Positions 49,885-62,220 of a DNA stretch of 63,388 bases are shown piece by piece (the first letter of the stretch is position 1; every line of letters starts with the position of its first letter). A model generated the notes under the pieces. It worked only from the letters and a program-made list of their open reading frames with translations. It was not told where the DNA came from and did not search any database. Source of the stretch: Octopus bimaculoides (taxonomy: Eukaryota). The stretch spans positions 9,951,123 to 10,014,510 of the forward strand of contig NC_069008.1 of NCBI RefSeq assembly GCF_001194135.2, in the 5' to 3' direction. Made by a program: the position numbers and the translations under genes.

Positions 49885-50070
49885 AGGCGTCAAGTTGGCA
49901 GAATTGTTAGCATGCCAGGCATCTGCCTTAGTATTTTGAGTTCAAATTCCACTAAGGTTAGCTGTCTTTCATCCTGTCAGGGTCAATAAAATAAATACCA
50001 GTTGAACACTTACTGGTCAAATTACTCCTCCCCTAAAATTTCTGAACTTACACCAATATTTGAAATCAAC
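49885..50070 (+). mobile_element. SINE family B copy
   Basis: ttggcagaattgttagcatgccagg...gagttcaaattcc...tttgaaatc. Confidence 0.75.
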
Positions 50071-50163
50071 ATATAGATATAGATACTTGCACACACACAC
50101 ACACACACGTATATACTGGGTTGGTAAAATAGTTTGTAACGTTTTTCAATAGGTGATATTTAA

Positions 50164-50379
50164 CCCTGTAGTATTCAGATTACTCTGTCAAAAGTAATGC
50201 TTATTTATTCACATTGCTTTAAATTATGTATTTTCATGTAACTTTGAGATTTTGATGAGGAAGCTGTTAAGTTTTAGAATGATATTGTAGGATTGCCGTG
50301 AGAGGCCAGATCTCACCAGTTTGAACATAAAACAGGCAGAATATTTTGGCCAGATATGGCCGGTTTAAATGCTAATGGG
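50164..50379. mobile_element. piggyBac-type MITE
   Basis: TTAA on both sides, ccctgtagtattcaga...tttaaatgctaatggg ends; second copy at 54347-54565. Confidence 0.8.
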
Positions 50380-50889
50380 TTAATCATGATCTGTTTTATC
50401 ACCTAATAGAAACATGTGACATATATTTTCTGAAAGAGGATATCTCAACACATTTTTCTGTTTGAATTTTGTGTGGATTATTTACATTTACTGTTCTTAC
50501 GATAAAATTGAAAATGAAGGAAATGAAATACATTTTTGTCATTTAATGCTCTTTTATTTCTGGAAAGGCAAAGGTGCTGCACAGACAGCAAAACAGATAT
50601 GTGCTGTTTATGGAGATAGTGTCATAGCTGAAAGTAATGTTTGTAAGTGGTTCAATAGGTTTAGAACTCACCTGACCTTGCATTTTCGGATTATCATTTA
50701 TTCTGTTCCCTGCAAAATTCTCTTAATGGGAGAAACTTTCATTCTTTAAAAGAGTGTAAAAACTACTTGGACCAATTCATGATCCAAAAAGATGCCAAGT
50801 TCTGAGAGGATGGGATTATGAACTGCCTCAAAGATGGTGAAAGGCAGTGGAACAAAATGGGAAATATATGGTTGAGTAAAGGTATGTAC

Positions 50890-51305
50890 ATCTATCTCTT
50901 ACTCTTTTACTCTTTTACTTGTTTCAGTCATTTGACTGCGGCCATGCTGGAGCACCGCCTTTAGTCGAGAAAATCAACCCCAGGACTTATTCTTTGTAAG
51001 CCTAGTACTTATTCTATCGGTCTCTTTTTGCTGAGCTGCTAAGTTACGGGGACGTAAACACACCAGCATCGGTTGTCAAGTGATGGTGGGAGGACAAACA
51101 CAGACACACAAACGCGCACACATATATATATACATCTATATGACGGGCTTCTTTTGGTTTCCGTCTACCAAATCCACTCACAAGGCTTTGGTCGGCCCGA
51201 GGTTATAGTAGAAGACACTTGCCCAAGGTGCCACGCAGTGGGACTGAACCCGGAACCATGTGGTTGGTAAGCAAGCTACTTACCACACAGCCACCCCTGC
51301 GCCTA
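50890..51305 (-). mobile_element. SINE family A, full length, well preserved
   Basis: Near-identical reverse complement of 61908-62220 plus the (ctctttta)n tail. Confidence 0.9.
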
Positions 51306-51347
51306 TAAGTAATGTTACAAACTTTTTTACCAACCCAATACATATGG

Positions 51348-51382
<35 letters not shown>

Positions 51383-51644
51383 TAAAATATCAAAGGTCTT
51401 TTACAAGCCATAGATTCATAAGGTAAGTTTCCTGAATTTTGTGGCATATATATTCCCTCACTTGATGGGACACTGATTCATCACAGGATTTTTTTAGTGG
51501 ACTGGAGCAATGTGAAATGAAGTGTTTTGCTGAAGAGCACAATGCATTGCCTGGTTCAGCAATCAAAACCACAGTCTTATGATCATGAGTGACTCCCTAA
51601 CAGCAAACCACATGCCTTCCTCCATACATACATACATACATACA

Positions 51645-53515
51645 TTCAATGTGGCTAGACTACAAGAAAGCCTTTGACTCTGTTCCCCACTCATGGATGC
51701 TAGAAGCCCTTCAACTTGCTAAAGTTCCAGTGAGAATAGTCAAAGCCATAGATGACCTGACTTCATCGTGGGCCACCATCTTGAAATTAAACACAAAGTG
51801 TGAATGCATTATCACCGACAGAATACAGTATCGCAAAGGCATATTCCAAGGAGACAGCCTCTCTGTAATGTTGTTTATACTTTCTGTAAACTCGTTATCA
51901 TTCACGTTAAGGAGGTCTGAACGATATCTCACTGGTTCACGAGGGAATAGAAATACCAAAATTACACACTGTTTCTTTGTGGATGACTTAAAACTTTATG
52001 CAAAGAATATGCATGAGATCAAAAAGAGCCTTGACCTAGTTACAATATTCTCAAAGGATGTAGGATTGGAGTTTGGTCAGGATAAATGTTGTTATATGGC
52101 TGTGAAAAGGGGGAAGACTATAAACCAGACTAGTAACATCTCCATTAATGATTTGACTGTTTCACCTGTATCTGACAAGGAATGTTACAGGTATCTGGGG
52201 GTGGATGACAATATATCTTACAGTGGCACCTGTAACAAAACATGTGTCACTAAAGAATATTACAGCCAAATAAAGAAAATTTGGACCTCAGAACTCTCTG
52301 CATTCAATAAAAGAGTGGCCCACAATGTGTTTGCATTGCCAGTACTCATACCAACATTTGGGCTGCTTAATTGGAAGGTTGATGTGAAAACCCGAAAAAT
52401 ACTAACATGCATACATAATTTCCACATAAACAGTAATGTAGACCACCTCTACCTAAAATGAAAACAAGGTGGAAGAAGATTAACATCGATCCAAAATGTC
52501 TTTGAATGTCTCATCATATCCCTTTGGCAACATCTTTTAACCACCAAGTGTCGAAGTGCATCCCTTGACCAAGTTTGCATGCATGAGGCTGATAACATCG
52601 TAAGATTTGGAAGGCAGCTCCTTGAGCAACACTCTTTGTCTGATAACCTAGAATACATGCCCAAAGAAGTTGCACGACTCTACCATAACATAACATCAGA
52701 TGAAAGGATGGGCCTGTATGAGCAGAAGACTATGCATGGATATGTTAGTAGAAAGCTCCATGATGATAGTAATATCGACCATCAAAGCAGTTTATCATGA
52801 ACCAATAGCCGGATTACTACCTCCCACCTCGAAAGGTATGTGTTTGCAATCGAGGAACAGGAAATATCAACCAAGTACCTCATGCACAAAAGGAATAGAG
52901 ATGCAGGTAAAGCCATAAAGTGTGACAGCTGATGCAGACATTGTAGAGTTTACACTGAAGATATCACCCACATCATAAGCAGTTGTCTGATGAGACATGA
53001 CCTTGTAGCTATAATGAAATTCATTGGAAGGATAATCCCAAGGAGAAAGAACTAAGAACCCACAATATGGTAGAAGCCATGGACACTCATAATAAATAGG
53101 AATACTGGTGGAATGTTCAAGTGAAGACCTCAATAAAATTAAAGCACAACAGACCTGATATAATGATTTGGGATAGAGAAGAGAAACTGTGCACAGTTGT
53201 GGAAATTAACTGCCCAGCAGATGTTAACATTAAGCTGATGATCAGGGAAAAAGAGAACATCAATGCTGAGAAATCTGCAGTTACTCTATCCAGATTACAA
53301 GTTTAGATTTATACCTGTAATTATTGGGCCCTGGGATATGTAACACACTGTCAAAATATCAATCTTGAGAAATTAGCCTTCTCAAGACCAGAAAGGAGAA
53401 ATCTAATTCGAAGACTACAGATCCAATCTATCACTGGAAGTGTAAAAATCTAAAACTTTCCAGAAGTTTTTTATTTAAATATATATGAGCATGTCTAGAT
53501 ATGCATGAGAATACA
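51645..53515 (+). mobile_element. 5'-truncated R4/Dong-type LINE (RT + CCHC + restriction-like endonuclease), decayed
   Basis: WLDYKKAFDSVPHSW, GIFQGDSLS, FFVDDLKLY, YRYLGV; C..C...EDITHIISSC; LKHNRPDIMIWD..VVEI.CP; flanked by (TACA)n. Confidence 0.85.
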
Positions 53516-53533
53516 TACATAAAACATACAAAT

Positions 53534-53610
<77 letters not shown>

Positions 53611-54346
53611 TACATACAAAAATACCCTGTTGTTGATGGTGAAATTCCAATGAACAAGCCTTGGATCTAGTTTAGAAACCAGTTCTTTCTTTATTGGCAA
53701 AAAATCTTGAAATAAACTGAATGACATACATACATACATACATACATACATACCTAGTGATTACTCCATTTTCACAAATTATTGTCATCTCCTTGTGTTT
53801 CCTTGTTATCAATTGCATTTCTGACTTTCCATCCATGACTTCTCAGATGACTATTCTGCATTTTCTGCATGGTTTGGTGCATAATGTGACTGACAAAAGT
53901 TATAACTTATTGTGCACTTCCAGCTGATTAGTTCTGCACATGCTGCCACTTTTCTATTGCCATTGGACTTTTGGTAGTTGGATTGATGAATAAGAGCACT
54001 ATAAAGAGACATATACTTCACTTGATTATAGTGGTAAACACTTGTACAATACAAGTATCACTCCCTGGTTAGTACCTAGCAACAGCCAAGACAGGATGAT
54101 GAATAATCATGTGAAACTGCAGGTTTTACATTAGAATGTTGCACTCCTTGACGGTTGTTTGTGACAACAGCTAGGTTTTACAGTGTGCCCTGATGCCAAT
54201 GAAAAGTATTTCTATATCTCTGGCTCAGACGGATTGTCTTCCCATATGCTAGTTAACCTGGGAACAATAGTGGCTACGAGGTGGTTCCACACTTCTCAAC
54301 ACTATGGAACTCCTGAACTAGAGTTACACTATCAAATACAGTTTAA

Positions 54347-54565
54347 CTCTTTTGCATTCAGATTACTCTGTCAAATGTGATGCTTATATGTTCATATTGT
54401 TTTGAATTAATCATGCATTATCTTATGGCATCAGGGATTTCGATGATGTTTCTGTTTATTTTTATAAAGACATTGTAGGACAGGTGTGAGAGTCCAGATC
54501 AGACCAGTTTAAATATAAAACTGGTAGAACATTTGGGCCAGATATGGTTCATTTAAATGCTAGAG
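54347..54565. mobile_element. piggyBac-type MITE, second diverged copy
   Basis: Colinear with 50164-50379. Confidence 0.75.
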
Positions 54566-55229
54566 TTATACCCAGGACATATATATGCATGCACACACAC
54601 ATGCGCACGCGCACGCGCACACACACACACACATTCACTCACTCACCCACCACCATCACCACACACACACACACACACACACACACAGATAACTAGATAT
54701 AGAGATGGTTAGATGCATGCAGGTACATACATATATTGATGTTGATAGACATTTATGAGACTGAATGTCTGACACAGAGTAAATAATTCAGAGATGCCAT
54801 TCTCATAAAAACAATAATTAAGTTAGTGTTAACACTATATTTAATGCATGGATCATTAAATAGCTAACTAGAAATAAGTTATGTGGGGTGAAAGATAGAC
54901 AAACGTACAGACAAATTTTTTATCTTACCTCACCACATAATTTTAGTCTTGTTACCTTTTTTAGTGGCTGCTATATTAAATATGTAAACACTAAATCAGC
55001 TATCAATCTATTTATCTGTTTGTCTATCTAACTATCCATCCATCCATCTCTCTCTCTCTCTCGATGGATAGATGTATCAATCAATTATTTGATCAATTTC
55101 AATGTACTTTATAATAGTCTAACATATCTTTTTTGTGAATCAAGCACATCCATTTTCCAGGTAGTAAAGATCTGCATTCTCTGCTACTAACTAAAAATTT
55201 TTCTTTACTATATATATATACATCACATG

Positions 55230-55445
55230 TTTACTCAGCTGTAGAAATGAGTTGCAACATCACTGGTGCCAAGTTGTATCAGCCTTTGCCTTTCCCTTGG
55301 ATATCATCAATGGCATGAAGAGGCTAGACTAGAATGCATGGGTGACTGCTGGTCTTCCATAAACAACCATGCCCGGCCTTGTGCCTAGGAGGGGAACTTT
55401 CTAGGTGCAATCCCATGGTCATTCATGACCAAAGGAGGTCTTTAC
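55230..55445 (+). mobile_element. SINE family D, 5'-truncated
   Basis: Matches 48410-48615. Confidence 0.8.
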
Positions 55446-55885
55446 CTTATACATACACGCACACATATAACATAACCAGTGTGTTATAAAATACATTTTA
55501 AACACAATATTAAAATATTATAATAACAAAATGTTACCTTACAAATATTTAATTAGCTCTCATATATCCATTAGGTTAATGCCAAGCTAATTTGCATATT
55601 TTTCTCTTGCATCAACGTTCTATAAAAGTATTTTTATCCCGAAAACTCAAGAATCACAAAATATTTCTGAGGCAACATTTCAATATTTTTGTTATTGTTA
55701 TCATTGGTATTTAATACTTGATCTGCCTTGTCCAGCAGCAGCTTTCTATGGTCTTCTGTAACACATTGACCTTCCACATATTCTGCTATCCATCATGCAT
55801 ATAAACACTTGCACACTCATATACCCCCACCAAAACACCCCCACCCCACCCCACCCCCCACACACACACATACAAATACACACAT

Positions 55886-57660
55886 AATCTGAGCTACCCA
55901 GTGTGGCATGGATGAAAAATTATTCAGTAAGTAAACTAAAGCTGGTATGAAACATTTAATCAAAGACTAATTAACAAACATGTAATCAAAGATTTATTTG
56001 AAATAAGAAATTACAACACTTCTTTATATATAATATTGCATGTTTTCTCCCAAAAGAAATTTCATGCAATGATTGCTAGCTGTTCCCACTCTAGAGCACC
56101 CTACATACAGTTGACCATGGGAGAAGAAGTTTTCTTGTAATTGCAGAGCAACAATTCTCAGTGTTTGTCACTGTGATTTTGTGATTTACACAGAAAGTAA
56201 TTTTACTAGAAATAGTTATTGCTTAAACTGAAGTGGTATGTATGATGTTATTGGAAGTATCCTAGAAATAAAAATATCTCCCTTTACTACAAGCTTTTTA
56301 AATTTATGCTTCACTGACTTGCAATACCATTAATATTAATCTGATAACACTATAGAACTTATGTTTATGAATTTGTTTTGAAAGGTTCCTGATATGAAAT
56401 TGTGTGTTGAAATAGATGTTATCTTTCAAGTTGGTACTTCATTTCTTGCGAAATAAACTCAAGCACTATATATTTGTTCTTCACTTGTTTATTATTGTTC
56501 TTATTTTATGTTCATTGTCTTTTGTCACACATCCTGTGCATGTGTTTATTTGGCAAAAAAGAAAAAATGATCATCCTGAAATATAACAACTCAGAACTTA
56601 GGCTGAGCTAAATTTTGTAGAACTGTATGAGCTTCAACTATAAGTTGTAGTTGGTGAGGATGCAATCCTGGGCGTTCAAAAGAATTTAGAAGCTCATTTG
56701 GATAGTTAACAACTTCATTCTGATCAATAACCGCATTGAATGATTAGTAAATATAATGATTCCCTGGAATATTTTTTGAGTGGTGTTTTTTTTTTCTTTT
56801 GATTGATAATTCAACTGCCACATTTTTTGTGCCGATATCGATTTTTCACACAGCAAAGTAAAGTCTTTGTAGCAACAAGTTATTAAATATTTGTTTTATT
56901 AATTCATTAGCACTTTGGACCACTATGCTGATGGTAGATATAATCACATTGTTTTCAGGGTTCACAGGAACTTTTTCTTAGCCAAGCTGTAGTGAACTTT
57001 TAGCAAAAGACCTGAATTGAAATCACCACAAATCATTGCATGCATGTTAGTTGTAAGCTTCAACATTCTAGCATTGTGCCATAAATAGGATGATTTAAAG
57101 TATGTTCAAATTTCATCAGCTTTTGTTTCCTTGGGTATAATTAGCAGATTCTAGTGAAAATTTCCTGATAACATAATAACTCAGTCATTTCATCAAAGTT
57201 TTCTGGTTTCTTACATCTTGCAGAGTTCTGCTCAGGTCTTCCATATTCTATATTCATCCTAGAATAAAAGTTCACATCTTTTAATAGTTTCTCCCATACT
57301 AGAAATTTTAATAATTTCATGAGCAGTTTTGCTTTGAATCACTAAATCTAAAAGAAATTTAGATGAAGAATGAAATGTGCAATGTTTGTGCTACACCAGA
57401 AGAGTCTACTGCTACAGTAATTTTATTTGACTTGCGAACTTAATTCAGTGAAAAGACATTTAAATTTATTACTATCACCAGAAATATCCGAAAAGTAGAT
57501 ACTTTCATTCTGGTGAGACATACTATTCATTATATGTGAAAAAGCAGTTCCCTGATCAAATAATGAAGTAACAACTGGGGTTCGTTTTTATTTATATATT
57601 TAGTTGAGTTGAATTGTCAGCAAGGTGATCTGTCTGATATAGTTTTGATTTTGAGTTCAG
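55886..57660 (-). mobile_element. Helitron remnant C (Pif1 helicase and 3' end), heavily decayed; absent from the ORF track
   Basis: Minus strand: VAVDSSGVA, RTLQDVR, MLSGNF, IIPKETKADEI, SSYLWHNARMLKLTTNM, YPNELLNSFERPGLHPHQL, FFSHGQLYVGCSRVG, NIIYKEVL*; terminal ccatgccacactgggtagctcag at ~55888-55912. Confidence 0.8.
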
Positions 57661-58264
57661 AATTTGCAAGAACCGGCCAACTAAAGCCTTGTGAGTGGAT
57701 TTCGTAGATGGAAACTGAAAGAAGTGCATCATGTGTGTGTGTTCATGTTTGTCCCCCCACTACCACTTGACAATTAATGTTGACATGTTTATAGTCTCAT
57801 AACTTAGTGGTTCAGCAAAAGAGATCCAGAAGAATAAGTACTGGGGTCAATTCATTCTACTAAAATTTTTCAGGGTAGTGCTCCAGCATCGCCACAGTCT
57901 AATGACTGAAACATGTAAAAGATAAAGATGAAAATAAAACCTAATGAGGGATCTGGAAAAGTATTTTTATGTACATATGGAAAATGGGCATAATTTATGA
58001 TTGGTTATATTTCTGGCAATGCTTATTATGTAGTTTATTACATATAGAAGGAGCATAATTTGTTCCTGTTCATTTGAAACTGCAAGAATTGTACAAGCTT
58101 GTTTACATTGTTACGAAAGAAATCACAAACCCTGTGATCTAAGGGGGGAAAAAAAACTTTAATCTCTTCCTCACCCTATTAACAATAATCAGTAATGAAT
58201 TGTAAATTTACTAATTAAATACTGCTCAAAATGCAAAATAAATAGCATCTTTAAGTTTTTTATA

Positions 58265-58670
58265 TTCTTTTATTCTTTTACTTGTTTCAGTCATTTGACT
58301 ATGGCCATGCAGGAACACCACCTTAAAGAGTTTTAGTTGAACAAATCAACCCCAGGGTTTATTTTTTAACCCTAGTACTTATTCTATCAGTCACTTTTGC
58401 CAAACTGCTTTTTGTGACAGGGATGTAAACACACGAACACTGATTGTCGAGTGGTGATTGGGAGACAAACACAGACATACACACATTGACACATATACAC
58501 ACATATATGACAGGCTTCTTTCAGTTTCCATCCACCAAATCCACTCACAAGGCTTTGGTTTGCTCAAAGCTATAGTAAGAGACACTTGCCCAAAGTGCCA
58601 TGCAGTGGGACTGAACCCAGAACCACGTAGTTGTGAAGCAAGCTTCTTAACACACAGCCATGCCTGCACC
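58265..58670 (-). mobile_element. SINE family A, full length
   Basis: Reverse complement of family A. Confidence 0.85.
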
Positions 58671-58799
58671 TATCTATATCAAAAACTTAAAGATGCTATG
58701 TATTTACAGGTTATTAGGAAATTATCCCTTTGGCTTTCTACTGTGAACAAACAACAAACTTCTTTTTCTTATAAGGAAGAACAATCTAAAATGGGAAGG

Positions 58800-59050
58800 C
58801 ACCATCATCACCTTCATTGTTTAACGTTCGTTTCCCATGCTGGCATGGGTTGGACAGTTTGATTGGGGACTGCCAAGCCAGGAGGCTGCACTAGACTCCA
58901 ATCTGATTTGGCATGGTTTCTACAGTTGGATGCCCTTCCTAACACCAACCACTCTGAGAGTGTAGAGGGTGCTTTTTACATGCCACTGGTACAAGAGTCA
59001 GTTAGGCAGCACTAGCATCAACCACATTCAGACGGTGCTTTTTACATGCC
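58800..59050 (-). mobile_element. RTE LINE 3' UTR
   Basis: Reverse complement of 42550-42822. Confidence 0.8.
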
Positions 59051-59208
59051 ATAGTAAATATCACTTCCTAGGTTTTTATTACCAAAAGACCCAACATTGT
59101 TATTGGTGCAAGGAAATTGAAAGAGGTAAAAATCATAGAGCTGATAGTCCCTGTGGTGCTCCAGCATGGCCACAGTCAAACAACTGAAACAAGTAAAAGA
59201 AAGAACGG

Positions 59209-59239
<31 letters not shown>

Positions 59240-59441
59240 TATTGGTCCTGGAAGGGTAGAAAAATAGGATATTTCCAATGTAAGAGCAGTCCTTTTGATG
59301 CAAGTCTGATGAAGTGCCTCTCTAGTGTTTCAAGCTGCAAATATTATGTAACTTTTCACATAGAGCTTTTGCATGCAGTAATGTTAAAAACAGAGTGGCA
59401 CTGAAGCAATTGCTAATTGCTTTCTTATTTGGATTACATAT

Positions 59442-59735
59442 AGGTGCATGGCTTAGTGGTTAGGGTGTTGCACTCACAATTGCGAGATCATTGGTTCGAT
59501 TCCCAGACCAAGCATTGCATTGTGTTCTTGAGCAAAGCACTTCATTTCATGTTGCTCTACAATCATTTCGGGATCTGACATGTGGCACCTGTACAAGTAA
59601 TGGCGATTTGATGGAGGGAATGAGCTAATATCTACACAACCATTTGATCACTATAAACAAATCAACTGTATCGTAGTTCGGTAAGAAATTGTCAAACCCT
59701 CATACACCATCTAACGATGGGAGAGTCCATTATTA
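59442..59735 (+). mobile_element. tRNA-derived SINE related to family D in its head, with a different 3' part
   Basis: gcatggcttagtggttaggg...ggttcgattcccagacc, ttgtgttcttgagcaaagcactt, (ATT)n tail. Confidence 0.7.
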
Positions 59736-59936
59736 TTACTATTATACACACACACACATATATATAAAGTAACAAACTAAGGAAAGGAATTTTTGTGATT
59801 TTTTTAATGTTATATTCATAGTATATTATGTCACATTATAATATAAATAAATTATTGGATTGTCAATTGTGTCTCTCTATTTAAATTATTGTTTTTATAT
59901 ATATATATATATATATATACCGGAGTATATATATAT

Positions 59937-59991
59937 AACAAAACTGTCCAATGAACGGGAACGTGAAACTCAGAGTAACAGTCTTTTGTTA
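59937..59991 (+). ncRNA. Decayed hammerhead motif, third family, within (TA)n
   Basis: taacaaaactgt-CCAAUGA-ACG(GGAA)CGU-GAA-ACU(cag)AGU-A-acagtcttttgtta; core has 2 substitutions relative to CUGAUGA. Confidence 0.5.
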
Positions 59992-60014
59992 TATTTCTGC
60001 TGCTTTTAAATAAA

Positions 60015-60053
<39 letters not shown>

Positions 60054-60054
<1 letters not shown>

Positions 60055-60081
60055 TAGCAGAGATGCCCGGCCTTGCTCAGG
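60054..60081 (-). mobile_element. Helitron 3' terminus (hairpin + CTAG followed by T)
   Basis: Minus strand cctgagcaaggccggg-catctctg-CTAG-t. Confidence 0.75.
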
Positions 60082-60399
60082 ATTAAAATGGCATAGATTT
60101 TAGTGCTTTACTTGTTTTTGTCATGTGACTGCAGCCATGTTGGAGCACCGCCGTTGGTCGAAGAAATCAACCACAGGATTTATTCTTTGTAAGCCTAGTA
60201 CTCATTGTGTCAGTGTCTTTTAGCAAACTGCTAAGTTACGGGAATGTAAACACAGCAACAACCGTTGTCAAGCAATGGTGGGGGTACAAACCCAAGATAC
60301 AGGCACACACATATATACGACAGTCTTCATTCAGTTTCTAAGTAAGAAATCCACTCAAGATTTTGTTCAGCCTGAGGCTATAGTAAACATATATATATA

Positions 60400-60810
60400 G
60401 GTGTGAATGGCTTTATTATAGGGTGCTGTATTTTACAATCCTGTAAACAATAGTAATGATATTTTTATATAAGCTTAAAGCTTATGCCGTTCACCGTGCA
60501 ATGACTAACGAAAATAGTCTAATAACAGAGCATATAAGCCCTCGACAGAAAAAAAGCAGGCTTTCCCATCTGCGTGGGACGCAAACCCACATCCATTTGT
60601 TAACATGAATAATTGTGGTACCTTCACACACGGATAGGAAAGCCTTTTTTCTGTTGAGTGCTTATATGCTTCATTATTAGACTATTTTTCGTAGTCATTG
60701 CACGGTGAACGCCATAAACTTTAATGTTATATAAAAATACCATTATTATTATTATTATTTACAGGATTATAAAATACAGCGTCGTAAAAGAAAACCATTT
60801 GCACTGAAAG
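60400..60810. mobile_element. Foldback element with ~175-bp inverted arms and ~50-bp spacer, in TA-rich flanks
   Basis: 60425-60576 is the diverged reverse complement of 60627-60780; similarity extends outward. Confidence 0.8.
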
Positions 60811-61302
60811 CATATATATATATATATTCAAAAACATGAAGTTTAGTAACATTGTTTACAAAATAATAGCTGATCGTTTGTGAGGATTTTTGCTTTTGTA
60901 ACTACTGTTGTCTCCCATGTTCACGCATGACCAGCTATATGTCACTATGAGTAGAGCAACAGATTCAGCAAATTTGGAAATTAGTTGTGGATAAATGGAG
61001 AATATTGTTTGTTATCTCTCTCGCTCTCTCTCTCTCTTTGCACCATTGCTAGAAGGGGACTTAACACATGTTTGCAAATAATGGCGACTTGAAAATTGTT
61101 AGAATTTATGGTTTAAAATTATTTTTAATGCAAAAATTCACCTGTTAGGAAGCAACCAAAAAAACAAAAACAAATGGCCAATTCCGGGCATTTTCGACCA
61201 TGAGGAACCCATTGGTGCGACTCCCAGATTGCTATCTTGTAAGGTGTGGATTTCTATAGAAGCAACACACACACACACACACACTCAGCTTTACAATATG
61301 TA

Positions 61303-61340
<38 letters not shown>

Positions 61341-61698
61341 ATATACACGTATATGAGCATCTGAGCATCTCATTAATACTTTGCATGTACTACGTCCTTG
61401 CGTTGTTGTTTTTTCCTGTCTTTTTTCTCAGTTTTTTAATTAACAATACACACACACACATGCACACACACAGATGCACACACACACACACACATATATA
61501 GTCTGCTAAAATGAATTCATTAGCACGCATATAACATCCAAATGTACATCTTTTTACCTCTGATGATATTGTACTCATATCACATTACTGTTAATTCAAT
61601 ATTTATTGAGCATTAATTGAAACAGCTGTAAGTGAAGGTGAACAATTTGCTGTTGATAATAAACAATTATTAACTTCTTAATCTTCATTTTCTTTTCT

Positions 61699-61737
<39 letters not shown>

Positions 61738-61907
61738 ATTTATAATTATATACATATATACATATAAGAAGCTTGCTTCCCAACCACAGGCTTCTGAGTT
61801 CAGTTCCACTGCATGCCACCTTGGGTCAGTGTCTTCTACTATAGCCTTAGGCCAACCAAAGCTTTGAGTGGATTTGGTAGATGGAAACTGAAAGAAGCCT
61901 GTTGTGT

Positions 61908-62220
61908 GAGTGGCTGTGTGGTAAGTAGCTTGCTTACCAACCACATGGTTCTGGGTTCAGTCCCACTGCGTGGCACCTTGGGCAACTGTCTTCTACTATA
62001 GCCTCGGGCCGACCAAAGCCTTGTGAGTGGATTTGGTAGACGGAAACTGAAAGAATCCCGTCGTATATATGTATATATATATATGTATGTGTGTTTGTGT
62101 GTCAGTGTTTGTCCCCCCACCATCGTTTGACAACCGATGCTGGTGTGTTTACGTCCCCGTAACTTAGCGGTTCGGCAAAAAGAGACCGATAGAATAAGTA
62201 CTAGAATTACAAAGACTAAG
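61908..62220 (+). mobile_element. SINE family A, best-preserved copy, preceded by a truncated diverged copy (61765-61905)
   Basis: gagtggctgtgtggtaagtagcttgc...ggttcagtcccactgcgtggcaccttgggc...; CpGs retained. Confidence 0.9.

Larger units (their letters stand above)
50116..51338 (+). mobile_element. Internally deleted mariner (third family) carrying a nested MITE and a SINE
   Basis: TIRs ctgggttggtaaaatagtttgtaac / gttacaaacttttttaccaacccaa with TA; N-terminal HLMLFYFWKGKGAAQTAKQICAVYG joined directly to SPDLAFSDYHLF..LQNSLNG. Confidence 0.85.

Noticed and set aside
53760-54330. Non-repetitive stretch that may be an old LINE fragment
   Set aside because: No motif could be read with confidence in any frame.
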